Shown here in pieces: positions 48,838 to 59,052 of a stretch of DNA of 64,000 nt. Numbering within the stretch: the first letter of the stretch is position 1; every line of letters begins with the position of its first letter. The DNA comes from an uncultured Candidatus Saccharibacteria bacterium (GTDB taxonomy: Bacteria; Patescibacteriota; Minisyncoccia; Phycocordibacterales; UBA5272): contig CAYXKW010000005.1 in the NCBI GenBank assembly GCA_964464695.1, positions 8,677-72,676 of the forward strand, written 5' to 3'. The notes under the pieces were generated by a model. The model did not search any database. It had not been told where the DNA came from and saw only the letters and a list, made by a program, of their open reading frames with translations. Made by a program: the position numbers and the translations under genes.

Positions 48838-49905
48838 ATGAAAAAAATTAAAGTTGCTTACTGTAAATATAAACATACTGATCATACGACTCCAACTACC
48901 TGGAACTTTTATATTCACAATATTTTACAAAAATATTACGCTGTAGAAATATCAGAAAACCCGGACTATGTTTTTTACCATGAGTCAACGTATGAATACC
49001 TAAAATATGATTGTGTTAGAATTTTTTATACAGCAGAAAATGTCAGCCCAAACTTTAACCTGTGTGATTATGCAATTGCCAATGACTGGCTTACTTTTGG
49101 TGACAGATACCACCGACTATCTTCGTTTCTAATTGCAACTTTCTACTCAGACAAGGACTTAGAGCTTTTAAAAGATGTTGACATTACTAAGCCAAAGCAA
49201 TTTACTTTAGAAGACTTAGCAAAAAAGAAAGATTTTTGCAGTTTTGTATATTCAAACTACAATGCTGATGAAAGACGGAAAGAACTTCTGGATACAATCA
49301 ATACATACAAGAAAGTTAACTCGGGCGGCAAATATTTAAACAATATTGGAGGACCAACAGACAGTAAGCTTGGCTTTGAGATGGGTCACAAGTTCTCGAT
49401 GGCAATCGAGAACTCATGTAGAGACGGCTATACGACCGACAGAATTGTTTGTGGGTTTATGGCAAACACTATCCCCATTTATTGGGGGAATCCGCTAATA
49501 GGTAAAGAATTTAACACTAAGCGTTTTATTAATTGCCATGATTTTAATTCTTTTGAGGAAGTATTGGCACGTATCAAAGAAATTGACACTAATGATGAAC
49601 TATTTTTACAAATTATGAACGAACCTCTTTTTGCTGATGGGTATTCCTTCGATATCGCAAATGAAGGTATTGAAGCATTTTTAAAAAATATAATAGATCA
49701 ACCTCTAGAGAAAGCCCCTAGACGTACTATTAATCAAGCTAGAGCAAAAGAAATGGAAGAAAATGAATTCCTTATATCTAAATATATTATTCTAAAATCA
49801 ACAATCAAGAAAATATTGGCAACAATGTACAAGCCTTTTAAGAAGATTAAATTTATTGAAAATTTTAAACAAGAATATTTCAGAAAAAGAATACTGAAAA
49901 AATAA
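48838..49905 (+). CDS. GT10 alpha-1,3/4-fucosyltransferase-family glycosyltransferase
   Basis: KFSMAIENSCRDGYTTDRIVCGFMANTIPIYWG matches the FucT motif (K)FYLAFENS...YVTEK. Confidence 0.65.
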   Translation: MKKIKVAYCKYKHTDHTTPTTWNFYIHNILQKYYAVEISENPDYVFYHESTYEYLKYDCVRIFYTAENVSPNFNLCDYAIANDWLTFGDRYHRLSSFLIATFYSDKDLELLKDVDITKPKQFTLEDLAKKKDFCSFVYSNYNADERRKELLDTINTYKKVNSGGKYLNNIGGPTDSKLGFEMGHKFSMAIENSCRDGYTTDRIVCGFMANTIPIYWGNPLIGKEFNTKRFINCHDFNSFEEVLARIKEIDTNDELFLQIMNEPLFADGYSFDIANEGIEAFLKNIIDQPLEKAPRRTINQARAKEMEENEFLISKYIILKSTIKKILATMYKPFKKIKFIENFKQEYFRKRILKK

Positions 49906-49907
49906 GA

Positions 49908-50912
49908 TTAGTTATTTTTTAATTGTTGAAGTTTTTCTTTGAGAAATTTTCTAAACCTTAAATCATAAATTGATAAGATATACGCAACAATAAATATACT
50001 ACTTGCGATAAAAATTGAAAACACTGTAATTGTTCCATATGAGCCTGTGTGCTGAGAAATGATCGTACTCCCTATCTTCCAATGTAGTAAATAGAGTGGG
50101 TAGGTTATGCCTCCTAAAATAAAAGCGATTTTAGCGAAATGTTTGTTCTTGGCAAAATCAAACTTAGATAAGAAAACTCCTAAGAACATTATTGTAAATA
50201 AAGCCTGCACAATAACAAGTTCTCCATGGTCGAAACTACCTGTAAAATTAGTGATTGTCTCCTTTTGTCCTTGTAACTTATCGCTAATATACATTGGCAT
50301 CATCCAAGAACCAACAAGAATAGCACTATAAGCTAGTCTACTTCTTACAGTAGAGGTTTCCCATTTATCAACAATAAGTGCAAGTATGCCTCCAAAAATA
50401 AAGTATGGGGCAAATCGTACACTGAGTAGCTTAAAGAACATAACTTGGTCTAGCTGGAAATAAAAACTAAAAAAGGAAACGGCAAGCCAGAGTGCATAAA
50501 ACCAGGCAATATACTTTTTTGAAAATAACCACACAAAAACACCAATATAAAAATAGAAAAGTAGTTCAAATGTTAGCGTCCAATATGAGCCGTCAATCAT
50601 AATTTCCATATGACCATTATTAAACATAAGTAGCCCTAGTAAAAAGTGTTTAAAAGATATGCTCGTATTATAAAAAATAGTCACAAGAAACGTAATAGAT
50701 GCACAGACCCAAAATATTGGATACAGTCGAATGAATCTACCGATGATATACTCCTTAATTCCCTTGTCTAAGCTAAAATAAATCACAAAACCAGATATCA
50801 TAAAGAAAAGATATATTCCGAGTCTACCGTAGTGGAATAAGAAGGTGTGGTGAAAAAAAACGGCCATTGCCGAAAAAAAACGCAAGAGGTCTAATATTGT
50901 GAAATACATCAT
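49908..50912 (-). CDS. acyltransferase family 3 membrane O-acyltransferase (OafA-like)
   Basis: FFHHTFLFHYGRLGIYLFFMISGFVIYFSL and ~10 TM segments. Confidence 0.7.
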   Translation of the reverse strand: MMYFTILDLLRFFSAMAVFFHHTFLFHYGRLGIYLFFMISGFVIYFSLDKGIKEYIIGRFIRLYPIFWVCASITFLVTIFYNTSISFKHFLLGLLMFNNGHMEIMIDGSYWTLTFELLFYFYIGVFVWLFSKKYIAWFYALWLAVSFFSFYFQLDQVMFFKLLSVRFAPYFIFGGILALIVDKWETSTVRSRLAYSAILVGSWMMPMYISDKLQGQKETITNFTGSFDHGELVIVQALFTIMFLGVFLSKFDFAKNKHFAKIAFILGGITYPLYLLHWKIGSTIISQHTGSYGTITVFSIFIASSIFIVAYILSIYDLRFRKFLKEKLQQLKNN

Positions 50913-50918
50913 TTTTGG

Positions 50919-52295
50919 TCACCCAACTCTACCATATTCATCATCAAAACGCATAATATCGTCCTCTCCAAGATATGAACCTGTCTGGACTTCGATAATC
51001 TCGAGCACCCCCTCTCCTTTGTTTTCTAAACGATGTTTTGTACCGGCAGGTATGTATGAACTTTCATTTTCCTCAAGCAACAAAAAGGAGTCCCCGTGGG
51101 TTACTCCCGCTTTACCTTTTACCACAACCCAATGCTCAGACCTTTTTTCATGTGACTGAAGCGAAAGCCTGCCATTTTTATATACAGTAATTTTTTTTAC
51201 TTTATGGTTAGGTTCATCCACCAAAACCTCATATTTACCCCAAGGACGATACCCTAACAAATTGTGGTCAACTTCTGCCATATGCATCTCCTTCATCTTT
51301 TCAACAATTTTCTTCACATCTTCTCCAGTTCCTCTTTTTTTAATAAGAAGACCATCAGGAGTATCAATAATATTGAGATCATTCACACCAATAGTTGCTA
51401 CAATTTTATTAGCAGTACTATGAATAAAAATGTTACTTGAATTTAAACTAACGTGCTTCTTGTTTACTTTATTTTGATGCAACTCAGCCAGACTATCAAA
51501 CGAACCTATATCATTCCAACCAAAATTGCCCTCATAAACAACTACATTATTAGACTTTTCTGATATAGCATAATCAATTGAAATAGACGGCATCTTTGCA
51601 AAATTAAACATAAACTCATCCATTGTTTTCTCAAAGTGTTTATAAATATCTGGTGCATGTGTCTTCATTTCTTGAACAAATGATGCCAATGAAAATAAAT
51701 ACATCCCTGAATTCCAAGTGTATTCCCCAGAAGCAATGTATTTATTTGCAGTTTCTTCGTTTGGTTTCTCTTTAAATTCATCAACCTTATAATACGTAGT
51801 GAGGAGCCCCCCTTTCCTAATATAACCATACCCAGTTTCAGCTTTAGTTGGAGTTATTCCGATTGTCCCAATAAAAGAATGTATGTTCTGTGTAAAATCT
51901 TTTACGATTGCACTAAATCCAGAAACATCTTCTATGTAGTGATCCGATGGAGCAATAAGTATACACGTATCCTGTGGAACCTTTTTAACATCAAGTAGAT
52001 GTTTTACTGCAAAGGTAATTGCTGGGGCAGTATTTAAAGAAGCTGGTTCAATAAGAATTTGGTTAGCATTAAAATCCTTATCAACTTCTTGAAGTTGATG
52101 AAGAACATTATAATAACCTTCTTTATTAGTAACTACAAAAATATGAGAAGTTGGCATCAACCCCTTCATTCTAAAAAAGGTTTCTTGAATCAAAGAATGT
52201 TCACCATACAAATTTAAAAATTGTTTTGGGTAACTTTTCCTGGAAACTGGCCACAGCCTGGTACCTGCTCCTCCGCAAAGAATTACTGAATACAT
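50919..52295 (-). CDS. manC: mannose-1-phosphate guanylyltransferase / mannose-6-phosphate isomerase (bifunctional)
   Basis: MYSVILCGGAGTRLWPVSRKSYPKQFLNL N-terminus, and a C-terminal cupin (VKKITVYKNGRLSLQSHEKRSEHWVVVKG). Confidence 0.85.
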   Translation of the reverse strand: MYSVILCGGAGTRLWPVSRKSYPKQFLNLYGEHSLIQETFFRMKGLMPTSHIFVVTNKEGYYNVLHQLQEVDKDFNANQILIEPASLNTAPAITFAVKHLLDVKKVPQDTCILIAPSDHYIEDVSGFSAIVKDFTQNIHSFIGTIGITPTKAETGYGYIRKGGLLTTYYKVDEFKEKPNEETANKYIASGEYTWNSGMYLFSLASFVQEMKTHAPDIYKHFEKTMDEFMFNFAKMPSISIDYAISEKSNNVVVYEGNFGWNDIGSFDSLAELHQNKVNKKHVSLNSSNIFIHSTANKIVATIGVNDLNIIDTPDGLLIKKRGTGEDVKKIVEKMKEMHMAEVDHNLLGYRPWGKYEVLVDEPNHKVKKITVYKNGRLSLQSHEKRSEHWVVVKGKAGVTHGDSFLLLEENESSYIPAGTKHRLENKGEGVLEIIEVQTGSYLGEDDIMRFDDEYGRVG

Positions 52296-52343
52296 TTCAG
52301 CATTATACCATAAATGACCCTATTTATTTTTAGCCAAATCAAA

Positions 52344-53150
52344 CTATATTCTTACCCATCCGTCAAATTCTACGTCTTCATTTGGAGCTTTCCACCATGG
52401 CGAAGCGTACCATTTTTTAAGTGCGACAATTTTCTTATTTGAATTAGTTGAGAGCCACGCGCCCCACCATGAGTACGTACTGTTTGCAATGATAAAATTT
52501 TGACCAAGTGTCATAAGCATCAACTCCTCATAATCTGTAAAGCCTTGACCGCTTACCATGGACATTGGTCTATTTATTGCATTTTCTAACCATTCTTTGT
52601 TATCTGAAAATCCAAATATTTCACAGTCTTCATCAAAATGAGTTAAGGCTTCTTTGTAGTATGGTTCCTCAATCCTTGTGAATGTTTTATTCAAGATATG
52701 GTCAGTGCGCCTCGCATGAATCATAAGTGGTTTGTTTGCCTGAAGAATTCTTTGTTCCCATTCTTTGTACTTGTCACTTTTTTCTCGGAGAGTTACTTCT
52801 TTTAGAATAATTTCTCTTATTTTTTTAAAATATTTTTCTGAGACAAAATAACCATCTGCATAATAATTATCTTTTTGTAGATTTACTGCCACATAACGAA
52901 CACGTCTTGTCACGTCAATTTTATTGATAATACGAGTTAGTAATTTCTGCTTTGGATATTGTTGTACAGTTCTAATTGAATCACTAATTAAAAATCTATC
53001 GAGAAGATACTCACGTTTTGTGTATTTTGTATTCACTTCAAAAAAACTTGTATCGAAAACTACATCCTTCCCTTCCTCCATAAGAGCTCTACCGTATGCA
53101 TATTGAAACAACTGGTTTCCTAAACCTCCTTGAATAGCTACTGTAATCAT
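52344..53150 (-). CDS. GT11 alpha-1,2-fucosyltransferase-family glycosyltransferase
   Basis: N-terminus MITVAIQGGLGNQLFQYAYG is the GT11 signature. C-terminal NSTYSWWGAW. Confidence 0.8.
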   Translation of the reverse strand: MITVAIQGGLGNQLFQYAYGRALMEEGKDVVFDTSFFEVNTKYTKREYLLDRFLISDSIRTVQQYPKQKLLTRIINKIDVTRRVRYVAVNLQKDNYYADGYFVSEKYFKKIREIILKEVTLREKSDKYKEWEQRILQANKPLMIHARRTDHILNKTFTRIEEPYYKEALTHFDEDCEIFGFSDNKEWLENAINRPMSMVSGQGFTDYEELMLMTLGQNFIIANSTYSWWGAWLSTNSNKKIVALKKWYASPWWKAPNEDVEFDGWVRI

Positions 53151-53219
53151 AATTAATCAAGTATACCAATAAGTTACGCTTGAAGTGAAGCTGCCTTTGG
53201 TACTACAAGGCAAACATGG

Positions 53220-54554
53220 CTATCTGATAAAGAAAGATCTGAAAAATGCTACTAACCGCGTATCTTTTTGGGGATTTTTTACAAGCAAAGAAGAAGTACT
53301 TTTACTTATGCTTACTACTTTACTAATACCAGTTGGAGTAGCTGTTTGGACTTTCTTTTGAATGTTTACTTGTGTGGTTGCCACTTTTTTAATCTGATTA
53401 AGTGATACATTTTCAGGTATTTTTTGTATTTGATGTATTGGAGTAGTTGAAGCACTTGTCTGAGATAGTCGTAGCACTTCTTCCATATTTTGAAAGAGAA
53501 GTTTAATGAGTGTGCTTGATGAAATTGTTGTGCTTGCAAAACCTAAAGCAGATCCTGGGAAACGTGTCACACCTTGCGCAAGAAGAGTGTTTTTTGGAAA
53601 AGTAAATAATGCACCATCTACTGACAACCGCCACAAAGAAAGATCCAGGTCATACGTATTTGGATTTGTAATATCGACATACGGACCATACTTGCCCATG
53701 GCTATTGGGGTGATAGAAATGTCTGGCGGCACCACCGTAACAATTATCCTACCCGTTCCTGCAATAAGCCCATTTGTTCCTTCAACTTGAGCAATATACC
53801 TGCCTGGATATAAGTACCTATACACTGTTGAACTTCCTGTACTCTGTCCACCGTCACCAAATGCCCATGTGTACACCATATTACTTATTGCGCTTCCTGC
53901 TCGAGTTGTGCTGTACACAGAAAATGTAGACGGGGCACCTGCGACTACCACTTTTTCTTGTGGTAAAAATAAAGTAATGTCCGCGAGTGGCGGTGACGTC
54001 TGCGCGATAGTTGTTTGGTTGCCAGTTTGAGTAGTTGTTGTTGGTGTAGTATCCTCTGATACGAGAGCTTTATTTTCTTCTCCTGGAGTTGGTGCTCCAC
54101 TACTAAAAGATCCGTTTATCAAAGAGTATGTTTGTCCTTCTTTTGCAGCAGTGTATGAAGAAATGGTATCCGCAACAACTCCTGCTAGTTTAATTTCAAT
54201 TGAAGTAACTCCGGTATTTACTAAACTAACAGAACTCTTTACAAGAACTCCTGCGTACGTTGGGTAATCTTGAGTAAATCGCGTACTACCACTCACTATA
54301 GAAGCAATGACACCATACATATGTGGACCGAGTGTAGTCCCTCCTGACACAGGAGTAGCTACAACAAAATTCCCTCCCTTAATGGAAATAGTGAGCGATG
54401 AAATATCTACATCGCTTTCAGAATTGTTATACACCTCTATCCATTCTCGTCCACTGTCATCCCCTATTGGGTTAGACATTATTTCACTAATAACAAGAGC
54501 CTGTACACTTACAATCGAACTTACAAAAATAAGAAATAGTAGTGACAGTTTCAT
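53220..54554 (-). CDS. secreted lamin-tail-domain (LTD) protein with a Thr/Ser-rich linker
   Basis: Signal peptide, then VISEIMSNPIGDDSGREWIEVYN (LTD signature), then a TTPTTTTQTGNQTT low-complexity linker. Confidence 0.55.
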   Translation of the reverse strand: MKLSLLFLIFVSSIVSVQALVISEIMSNPIGDDSGREWIEVYNNSESDVDISSLTISIKGGNFVVATPVSGGTTLGPHMYGVIASIVSGSTRFTQDYPTYAGVLVKSSVSLVNTGVTSIEIKLAGVVADTISSYTAAKEGQTYSLINGSFSSGAPTPGEENKALVSEDTTPTTTTQTGNQTTIAQTSPPLADITLFLPQEKVVVAGAPSTFSVYSTTRAGSAISNMVYTWAFGDGGQSTGSSTVYRYLYPGRYIAQVEGTNGLIAGTGRIIVTVVPPDISITPIAMGKYGPYVDITNPNTYDLDLSLWRLSVDGALFTFPKNTLLAQGVTRFPGSALGFASTTISSSTLIKLLFQNMEEVLRLSQTSASTTPIHQIQKIPENVSLNQIKKVATTQVNIQKKVQTATPTGISKVVSISKSTSSLLVKNPQKDTRLVAFFRSFFIR

Positions 54555-54559
54555 GATAA

Positions 54560-56548
54560 TTAATCTTCTATTAACTTCCGAAGAATTTCTTCATCAATCT
54601 CCTTTCTAATTTTTAATTCAATTTTCTTGTTGTATCCTTCATCTTCATCGTCTCGCCTGTTTATCATTCTTCCTTCAGATATTCTCTTAGTTTGGGATTC
54701 TTCGGCTTGAGCAACCCTTTTATCTGTTAGTTGGGTTGTCTCTGACTTATGTTCATTCATTGCTTTTGCAAGTGCGTCTTTTAATGATAACGCTGGTTTG
54801 TCATCAAAGGTTGGAGTGGAAATATTTTTAAGCGGACTTTCATACCGAGGTGTCTCTGGTTGATATTGTTTTTTCTGAGCTTGTGGAGGGCGATGAAATT
54901 GTTCTTCTATTTTTCTATTTTCAACGTATGACTCTTGTTTAGTAAACTCTTTCTTAGGCTCCTCTTCACGTCGTGGTGCGATAGCACGCGGAGGAAGTGG
55001 CGTGGTATCGGTAATTTTCCTAACACGAAGGTCACGCCCTTCTCGAGCGACCACTTCTTCTTGTTTTAGCTCAGATCTTTGCTCAATTTTCTGGTCTTGT
55101 ACTTGCTCTTGTTTTTGGTAGACCGTTTTATTATTGTAATTAGTTGTTTGAGTTTTTGGCTGATATGGCTCCCTTTTTCTTTCCTGATAATCCTGTGGTT
55201 GCGTACGTACCGGCGCATCGTACGGTTTATCTTTTGGTTTTTCTACAAACTCTTTTTTAACTGGTGTGTAAAATTCAATAACTTCATTCTCTACATCAAA
55301 TCGTGGACGACCATAGGTTGTACGAGTGTACGCAATAACAGCCTGAGCAAATGAACTAGCTGGTTGCTGAATTGGATCAAGTGTTTTTGCTGAAAATGGC
55401 GCAGACCCAACTCCGTCGATCATGAGACGCAAATATATTTGATGTGCTGAAAGATTTACGATGTCATCCATGGTAAAGGTTGGCGCAAATTCTTTCTCAA
55501 AAATCTCAGCATCAGTTGCTCCAACTCGAAAGACAACCATAGTCCCAACGTTACCAAACACCGCAGCCTTTACCTCGTCTTCCATTTGCTCCACATACTG
55601 ATGAGCTACCGTGAGTGCAAGATTATACTTACGAGCTTCTGATAAAATTGAAGCAAACGACTCATTCGCAAAGTTTTGAAACTCATCCACATAAAAATAA
55701 AAAGGTGGCAATTTCTCTAGTTCGTATGGCCCAGCATCAGCACGTGACATGGCAGCTAAATAAATTTTAGTAACTAGAAGTGATCCAATAAGGTTTGCAT
55801 TCCCCTCTCCTACTTTTCCTTTTGAAAGATTCACAATCAGAATCTTTTTTTCATCCATCAGTTTCCTGATATCAAAAGAGGTTTTTTTCTGACCAATAAT
55901 ATTTCTAATAAGCGGGTTTGCAACGAACTGCCCGACCTTGTTTTGGATTGCAGGAGCTGCTTCTGCTGCGAATTTATCTGTATAGTTTGCATACTCTTTC
56001 TCCCAAAAATCTTTGACTGTTGGATCGGTAACATTTGAGACAATAAACTTTCGGTAATCTTTATCTATCAACATGCGATTAACACCAAGTAGTGATTGGC
56101 CTTCGTTTTCAAGCAACGCCAAAATAATATTGTTAAGAATATACTCCATACGTGAAGAGAATTGATCCTTAAACAACTTTTTAAACGCAGCCATGACACC
56201 GTTTGCAACAAGGTATCGCTTATCAGACTCAACCTTTTCCAACACATTTAGTCCAATTGGATGTTCACCGTCAAATGGAGCAAAATATACTACGTCTTTT
56301 ATACGTGATTCTGGAATATGGTCCAGTAACTTTTCTGCCATAGAACCGTGTGGATCAAGAACACAAAGACCTTCACCATTATTAATGTCTTGGATAGCTA
56401 AGTTTTCCAAAAACGTAGACTTTCCCATACCTGTTTTACCAATAACATAGGTATGTCGTGTTCTGTCTCGCTCTTTGATTCCAAACTTTAGTTCTTTGTT
56501 TCGAAAATCGACCTTGCCGATATAGGTTACTCTCTGATGTTCACTCAT
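54560..56548 (-). CDS. VirD4/TraD-like (type IV coupling protein-like) P-loop ATPase with a ~250-aa disordered Glu/Lys/Gln/Pro-rich C-terminal tail
   Basis: Walker A YVIGKTGMGKST, then LCVLDPHG (the DPKG-like motif of T4CPs), and Walker B YFYVDEFQNF. No N-terminal TM segments. The tail spans EFVEKPKDKPYDAPVRTQPQDYQERKREPYQPK... to the C-terminus. Confidence 0.5.
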   Translation of the reverse strand: MSEHQRVTYIGKVDFRNKELKFGIKERDRTRHTYVIGKTGMGKSTFLENLAIQDINNGEGLCVLDPHGSMAEKLLDHIPESRIKDVVYFAPFDGEHPIGLNVLEKVESDKRYLVANGVMAAFKKLFKDQFSSRMEYILNNIILALLENEGQSLLGVNRMLIDKDYRKFIVSNVTDPTVKDFWEKEYANYTDKFAAEAAPAIQNKVGQFVANPLIRNIIGQKKTSFDIRKLMDEKKILIVNLSKGKVGEGNANLIGSLLVTKIYLAAMSRADAGPYELEKLPPFYFYVDEFQNFANESFASILSEARKYNLALTVAHQYVEQMEDEVKAAVFGNVGTMVVFRVGATDAEIFEKEFAPTFTMDDIVNLSAHQIYLRLMIDGVGSAPFSAKTLDPIQQPASSFAQAVIAYTRTTYGRPRFDVENEVIEFYTPVKKEFVEKPKDKPYDAPVRTQPQDYQERKREPYQPKTQTTNYNNKTVYQKQEQVQDQKIEQRSELKQEEVVAREGRDLRVRKITDTTPLPPRAIAPRREEEPKKEFTKQESYVENRKIEEQFHRPPQAQKKQYQPETPRYESPLKNISTPTFDDKPALSLKDALAKAMNEHKSETTQLTDKRVAQAEESQTKRISEGRMINRRDDEDEGYNKKIELKIRKEIDEEILRKLIED

Positions 56549-56970
56549 ACCTCCTAGTATACCTACAGGAAGAGTTAGTTACTAGTTGATAGGCTTTTAT
56601 GTACTCCCTCTATCGTGTGCGAGTACTTAATAAATACGTAGAATTTAGTTGGCTGCAGAATAATCAAAAATTATTTTATGCGTTCACAATGTGGTGAGGT
56701 GATGGCTTACTCTCAGTTTCTTGGTGATGCTCACTGTGTACAACCTTCTTTCTAAGATCAAGGGTGCTGATAAATAATAGTACTCCTGCAAAAATAAAAA
56801 CAACTTCTTTAAAAACGCTAGGAATAAAAATCCAAGGAGACAAAATAAGAAGAACCGCAACTGAGCGTTTAATTCCAAGTGGTGACATAATGAAAACAGT
56901 ATACAGGAATAGACGCTTCGAGACAATCGCACTTTTTTGGTGTTTTTTTCAGTGAGGTATACTACTACAA

Positions 56971-57723
56971 ATGGAACAAGTAGGCACAAAACTAGAAACG
57001 AGACTAAAAAAAGTATTCGTAGGTATCTGCCTTTTGTACGCAATTATTACACATTTCTTAGTAGCTCTACATCTCTCGAATCAGAGTTTTCCTGTTGGTG
57101 TAGCGGTAATTACTATGGCACTAACCCTCATTCTTACATGGGTGTTTATCGGTGGAATCCTTCAACTGCAATTCTTACAAAAATACCACAGGCAATTAAC
57201 AACTCCAACAACCTCACCTGTTCTATATTTTACCCTCTTTGCAACAGCGCTTGCTTGTCTTGAGGAAATTATCACAGTCTCTATCACTAATCTTGCTCCA
57301 CTTTACGGTGTAAAAGTTGGAGAAGCGTACATCACTGCCTCCACTAATTACTTTGATGTCATTTTTCTACATAGCGTTATAGTTTTTGTGCCAATGATTA
57401 TTACACTTGGCTTAATATTAAAGCGATATGAAATTTCTCCATTCAAAGCCCTGCTTATGTGGGGTACTGTTGGGGTTATTGGAGAGGCTTCATTTGGCGG
57501 AACACAGGCATTCCTAACAGCCCCGAGTTGGATATTTATTTATGGACTAATGGTTTATGTCCCATCGTATATTTTTATTAACACCACCAGAAAAAAACCT
57601 TCTATTTTTTTATACCCATTTTTTATTGTAATAATTCTTGTCTCAGCAATTAGTGTCGTTTGGATTCCTCAAGTACTAAACCATCCAAGCATACACTTTC
57701 AACCAATCACGCTAACACAATAA
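56971..57723 (+). CDS. hypothetical polytopic membrane protein
   Basis: 250 aa, 6-7 hydrophobic segments, no recognised family. Confidence 0.4.
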   Translation: MEQVGTKLETRLKKVFVGICLLYAIITHFLVALHLSNQSFPVGVAVITMALTLILTWVFIGGILQLQFLQKYHRQLTTPTTSPVLYFTLFATALACLEEIITVSITNLAPLYGVKVGEAYITASTNYFDVIFLHSVIVFVPMIITLGLILKRYEISPFKALLMWGTVGVIGEASFGGTQAFLTAPSWIFIYGLMVYVPSYIFINTTRKKPSIFLYPFFIVIILVSAISVVWIPQVLNHPSIHFQPITLTQ

Positions 57724-57749
57724 GCTACTGAGTTTTACACTACAGAAAT

Positions 57750-58457
57750 TTATTTACCGGAGACAATAACAACAAATTCTCCGCGGACTTTATCTTTATG
57801 TTGTGTAAAATAATCTTGAACTTCTTTTGCAGTGCCACGGACGACTTCTTCGTGTAACTTAGTAAGCTCTCTCGCGACGACCACAAGTCTAGGCGCTTCT
57901 GTAGACAAAGGTAAAAGGCTGACAGTTAATGCCTGTAAAGTCTTTTCTATTCGATGGACTGATTCATAAAAAACTGACGTGTGATTACTTTCTGCAATAG
58001 TTGTAAAAAGTGTCTCTCTTCCCTTTTTGTGTGGCATGAACCCGTAAAACGTAAACATCGAGGATGTAATACCAGAAGCTGAAAGTGCTGTGGATAATGC
58101 TGACGCACCAGGTAACGCAATAACATTCACATCTGGTAATTCCTTTCGGACTTTATCTACTAAAAGCACTCCAGGGTCGGAGATGGTTGGTGTGCCTGCA
58201 TCTGATACAAGAGCGAGTGACTTCCCTTCTTCTAAAAGACTCATTATTTTCTCAATATTTTTTATGCCAGTTTGTGCATAAAAAACAGTAGTCTTAGTCG
58301 TAATGTCATACTCTTTAAAAAGTCTTTGAGTAACAGACGTGTCCTCACACAAGACAAGATCTACTTCTTTAAGAATACGAACAGCTCGAAGCGTCATGTC
58401 TTCGAGGTTCCCGATTGGAGTTGGTACGATATATAATTTTCCAAATGTTTCTTCCAT
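57750..58457 (-). CDS. rsmI: 16S rRNA (cytidine1402-2'-O)-methyltransferase RsmI
   Basis: KLYIVPTPIGNLEDMTLRAVRILKEVDLVLCEDT is the canonical RsmI / tetrapyrrole-methylase-fold N-terminus. Confidence 0.8.
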   Translation of the reverse strand: MEETFGKLYIVPTPIGNLEDMTLRAVRILKEVDLVLCEDTSVTQRLFKEYDITTKTTVFYAQTGIKNIEKIMSLLEEGKSLALVSDAGTPTISDPGVLLVDKVRKELPDVNVIALPGASALSTALSASGITSSMFTFYGFMPHKKGRETLFTTIAESNHTSVFYESVHRIEKTLQALTVSLLPLSTEAPRLVVVARELTKLHEEVVRGTAKEVQDYFTQHKDKVRGEFVVIVSGK

Positions 58458-58526
58458 CTGTGTATCCTAGCAATAATTAGGTAAATAAAAAAGCGACACA
58501 TCATGTGCCGCTTCAGAAACGGAAAT

Positions 58527-58925
58527 TTAATGAACAAATTTACAAGGTTTGCCACGTTTAGTGCGTACGATATTCCCAAAAGCGTTAATAACGTACATAG
58601 GCAATAAAAAACCTTGTCTATATTGTTCGCAAACAACTAACCAGAAAAATATTCCTCTCAGATCTATTACTTTCACAATTGAAAATCTCAACCCTTCAGA
58701 ACTTGTACGGAAAAGAAACTTTTGCTTTGGAACAAAGAAGTCAATAACCTTTTTACCTTTTCGACAGTGTACTGGTGAAATATCGCGTTTATCTGCATGA
58801 TGCACTAATGTTTGAAAATTTGGACATTCACCAAAAAAGCTCACGGCTAATTTTTCAACCACCCGAAACTCAAAACTCCTTCGCTTTAAAGCTGCCTCAC
58901 TTGAGTGGTGTTTAAATTCATACAT
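58527..58925 (-). CDS. hypothetical protein, possibly a DUF559/Vsr-like endonuclease fold
   Basis: 132-aa ORF. SEAALKRR...KVIDFFVPKQKFLF loosely resembles DUF559. Uncertain whether it is expressed. Confidence 0.25.
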   Translation of the reverse strand: MYEFKHHSSEAALKRRSFEFRVVEKLAVSFFGECPNFQTLVHHADKRDISPVHCRKGKKVIDFFVPKQKFLFRTSSEGLRFSIVKVIDLRGIFFWLVVCEQYRQGFLLPMYVINAFGNIVRTKRGKPCKFVH

Positions 58926-59052
58926 CTCTATCTCCTTCTGACTTGCATTTTTAAAAGAAAATTCGCACGTGAAATTTCATGTGCGATACATTATATATTA
59001 TACCATAAAATACTAAACTAAGCAACTTCTACTTGCACGGCACATATTTCAT

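Noticed and set aside
56676-57043. Minus-strand ORFs 56676..56888 and 56684..57043 (hydrophobic small proteins)
   Set aside because: They overlap each other and the 5' end of the more convincing 250-aa plus-strand membrane protein (56971..57723). Without homology or expression signals they were not called.
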